DNA of 46,044 nucleotides from a virus (taxonomy: Duplodnaviria; Caudoviricetes). The notes beneath the pieces were generated by a model. It was given only the letters and a program-made list of their open reading frames with translations. It was not told the DNA's origin and did not search any database. Made by a program: the position numbers and the translations under genes. Location: the IMG/VR virus record IMGVR_UViG_3300026512_000020, positions 1 to 46,044 of that record. One strand, written 5' to 3'. This document shows positions 45,985 through 46,044 of the stretch, piece by piece. The first letter of the stretch is position 1; each line of letters opens with the position of its first letter.

Positions 45985-46044
45985 TTAAAGTAATTCAAAA
46001 ACTTCACTATCTATTTCAAGATTTAGTTCATTATTATTTTCTTT
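45985..46044 (-). CDS. C-terminal fragment of a gene entering from outside the window
   Basis: KENNNELNLEIDSEVFELL-stop, open to the window edge. Confidence 0.5.
   Translation of the reverse strand, partial: KENNNELNLEIDSEVFELL

Noticed and set aside
1-46044. CRISPR array, tRNA/rRNA genes, integrase/att site, introns or inteins
   Set aside because: No regularly spaced repeats, cloverleaf candidates or recombinase motifs were seen; polymerase, nrdD, recA and primase are of uninterrupted length.
1-46044. Alternative genetic code (stop-codon reassignment)
   Set aside because: Standard-code ORFs tile the window densely; the only broken gene is explained by frameshifts, not in-frame stops.

Overview
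This is a fragment of a very AT-rich tailed dsDNA phage genome (about a quarter G+C by eye); no host housekeeping genes are visible. Block 1 (1-19589, +) holds the tape-measure C-terminus, a tail-tip module (BR0599/DUF2163, NlpC/P60, tip protein), DUF2341/lectin-like adhesins, a tail fibre, a Gram-negative lysis cassette, a second adhesin block and a triply frameshifted gene. Block 2 (19603-32469, -) holds class III RNR (nrdD/nrdG), a P-loop kinase, a family A DNA polymerase fused to a uracil-DNA glycosylase domain, YopX, a PAPS-reductase-like protein, a tnpB-only IS200/IS605 element, a dimeric dUTPase and dCMP deaminase. Block 3 (32881-45712, mostly +) holds UvsY-like, SSB-like, RecA, GapR-like, resolvase, ThyX and primase genes, then GGCT-like, metallophosphoesterase, pentein amidinotransferase and pyruvoyl PSD-like decarboxylase genes. 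The best leads are: (a) the amidinotransferase plus PSD-like decarboxylase pair, a candidate arginine-to-polyamine or amine-modification pathway; (b) a modular adhesin system of variable lectin-like cassettes between identical DNA flanks, with a circularly permuted DUF2341 fold apparently split across a gene boundary; (c) a TnpB element whose ends, TAM and guide can be inferred; (d) a gene broken three times at A-tracts; (e) GATC/GTAC avoidance. All family calls come from motif recognition by eye; no searches were run.
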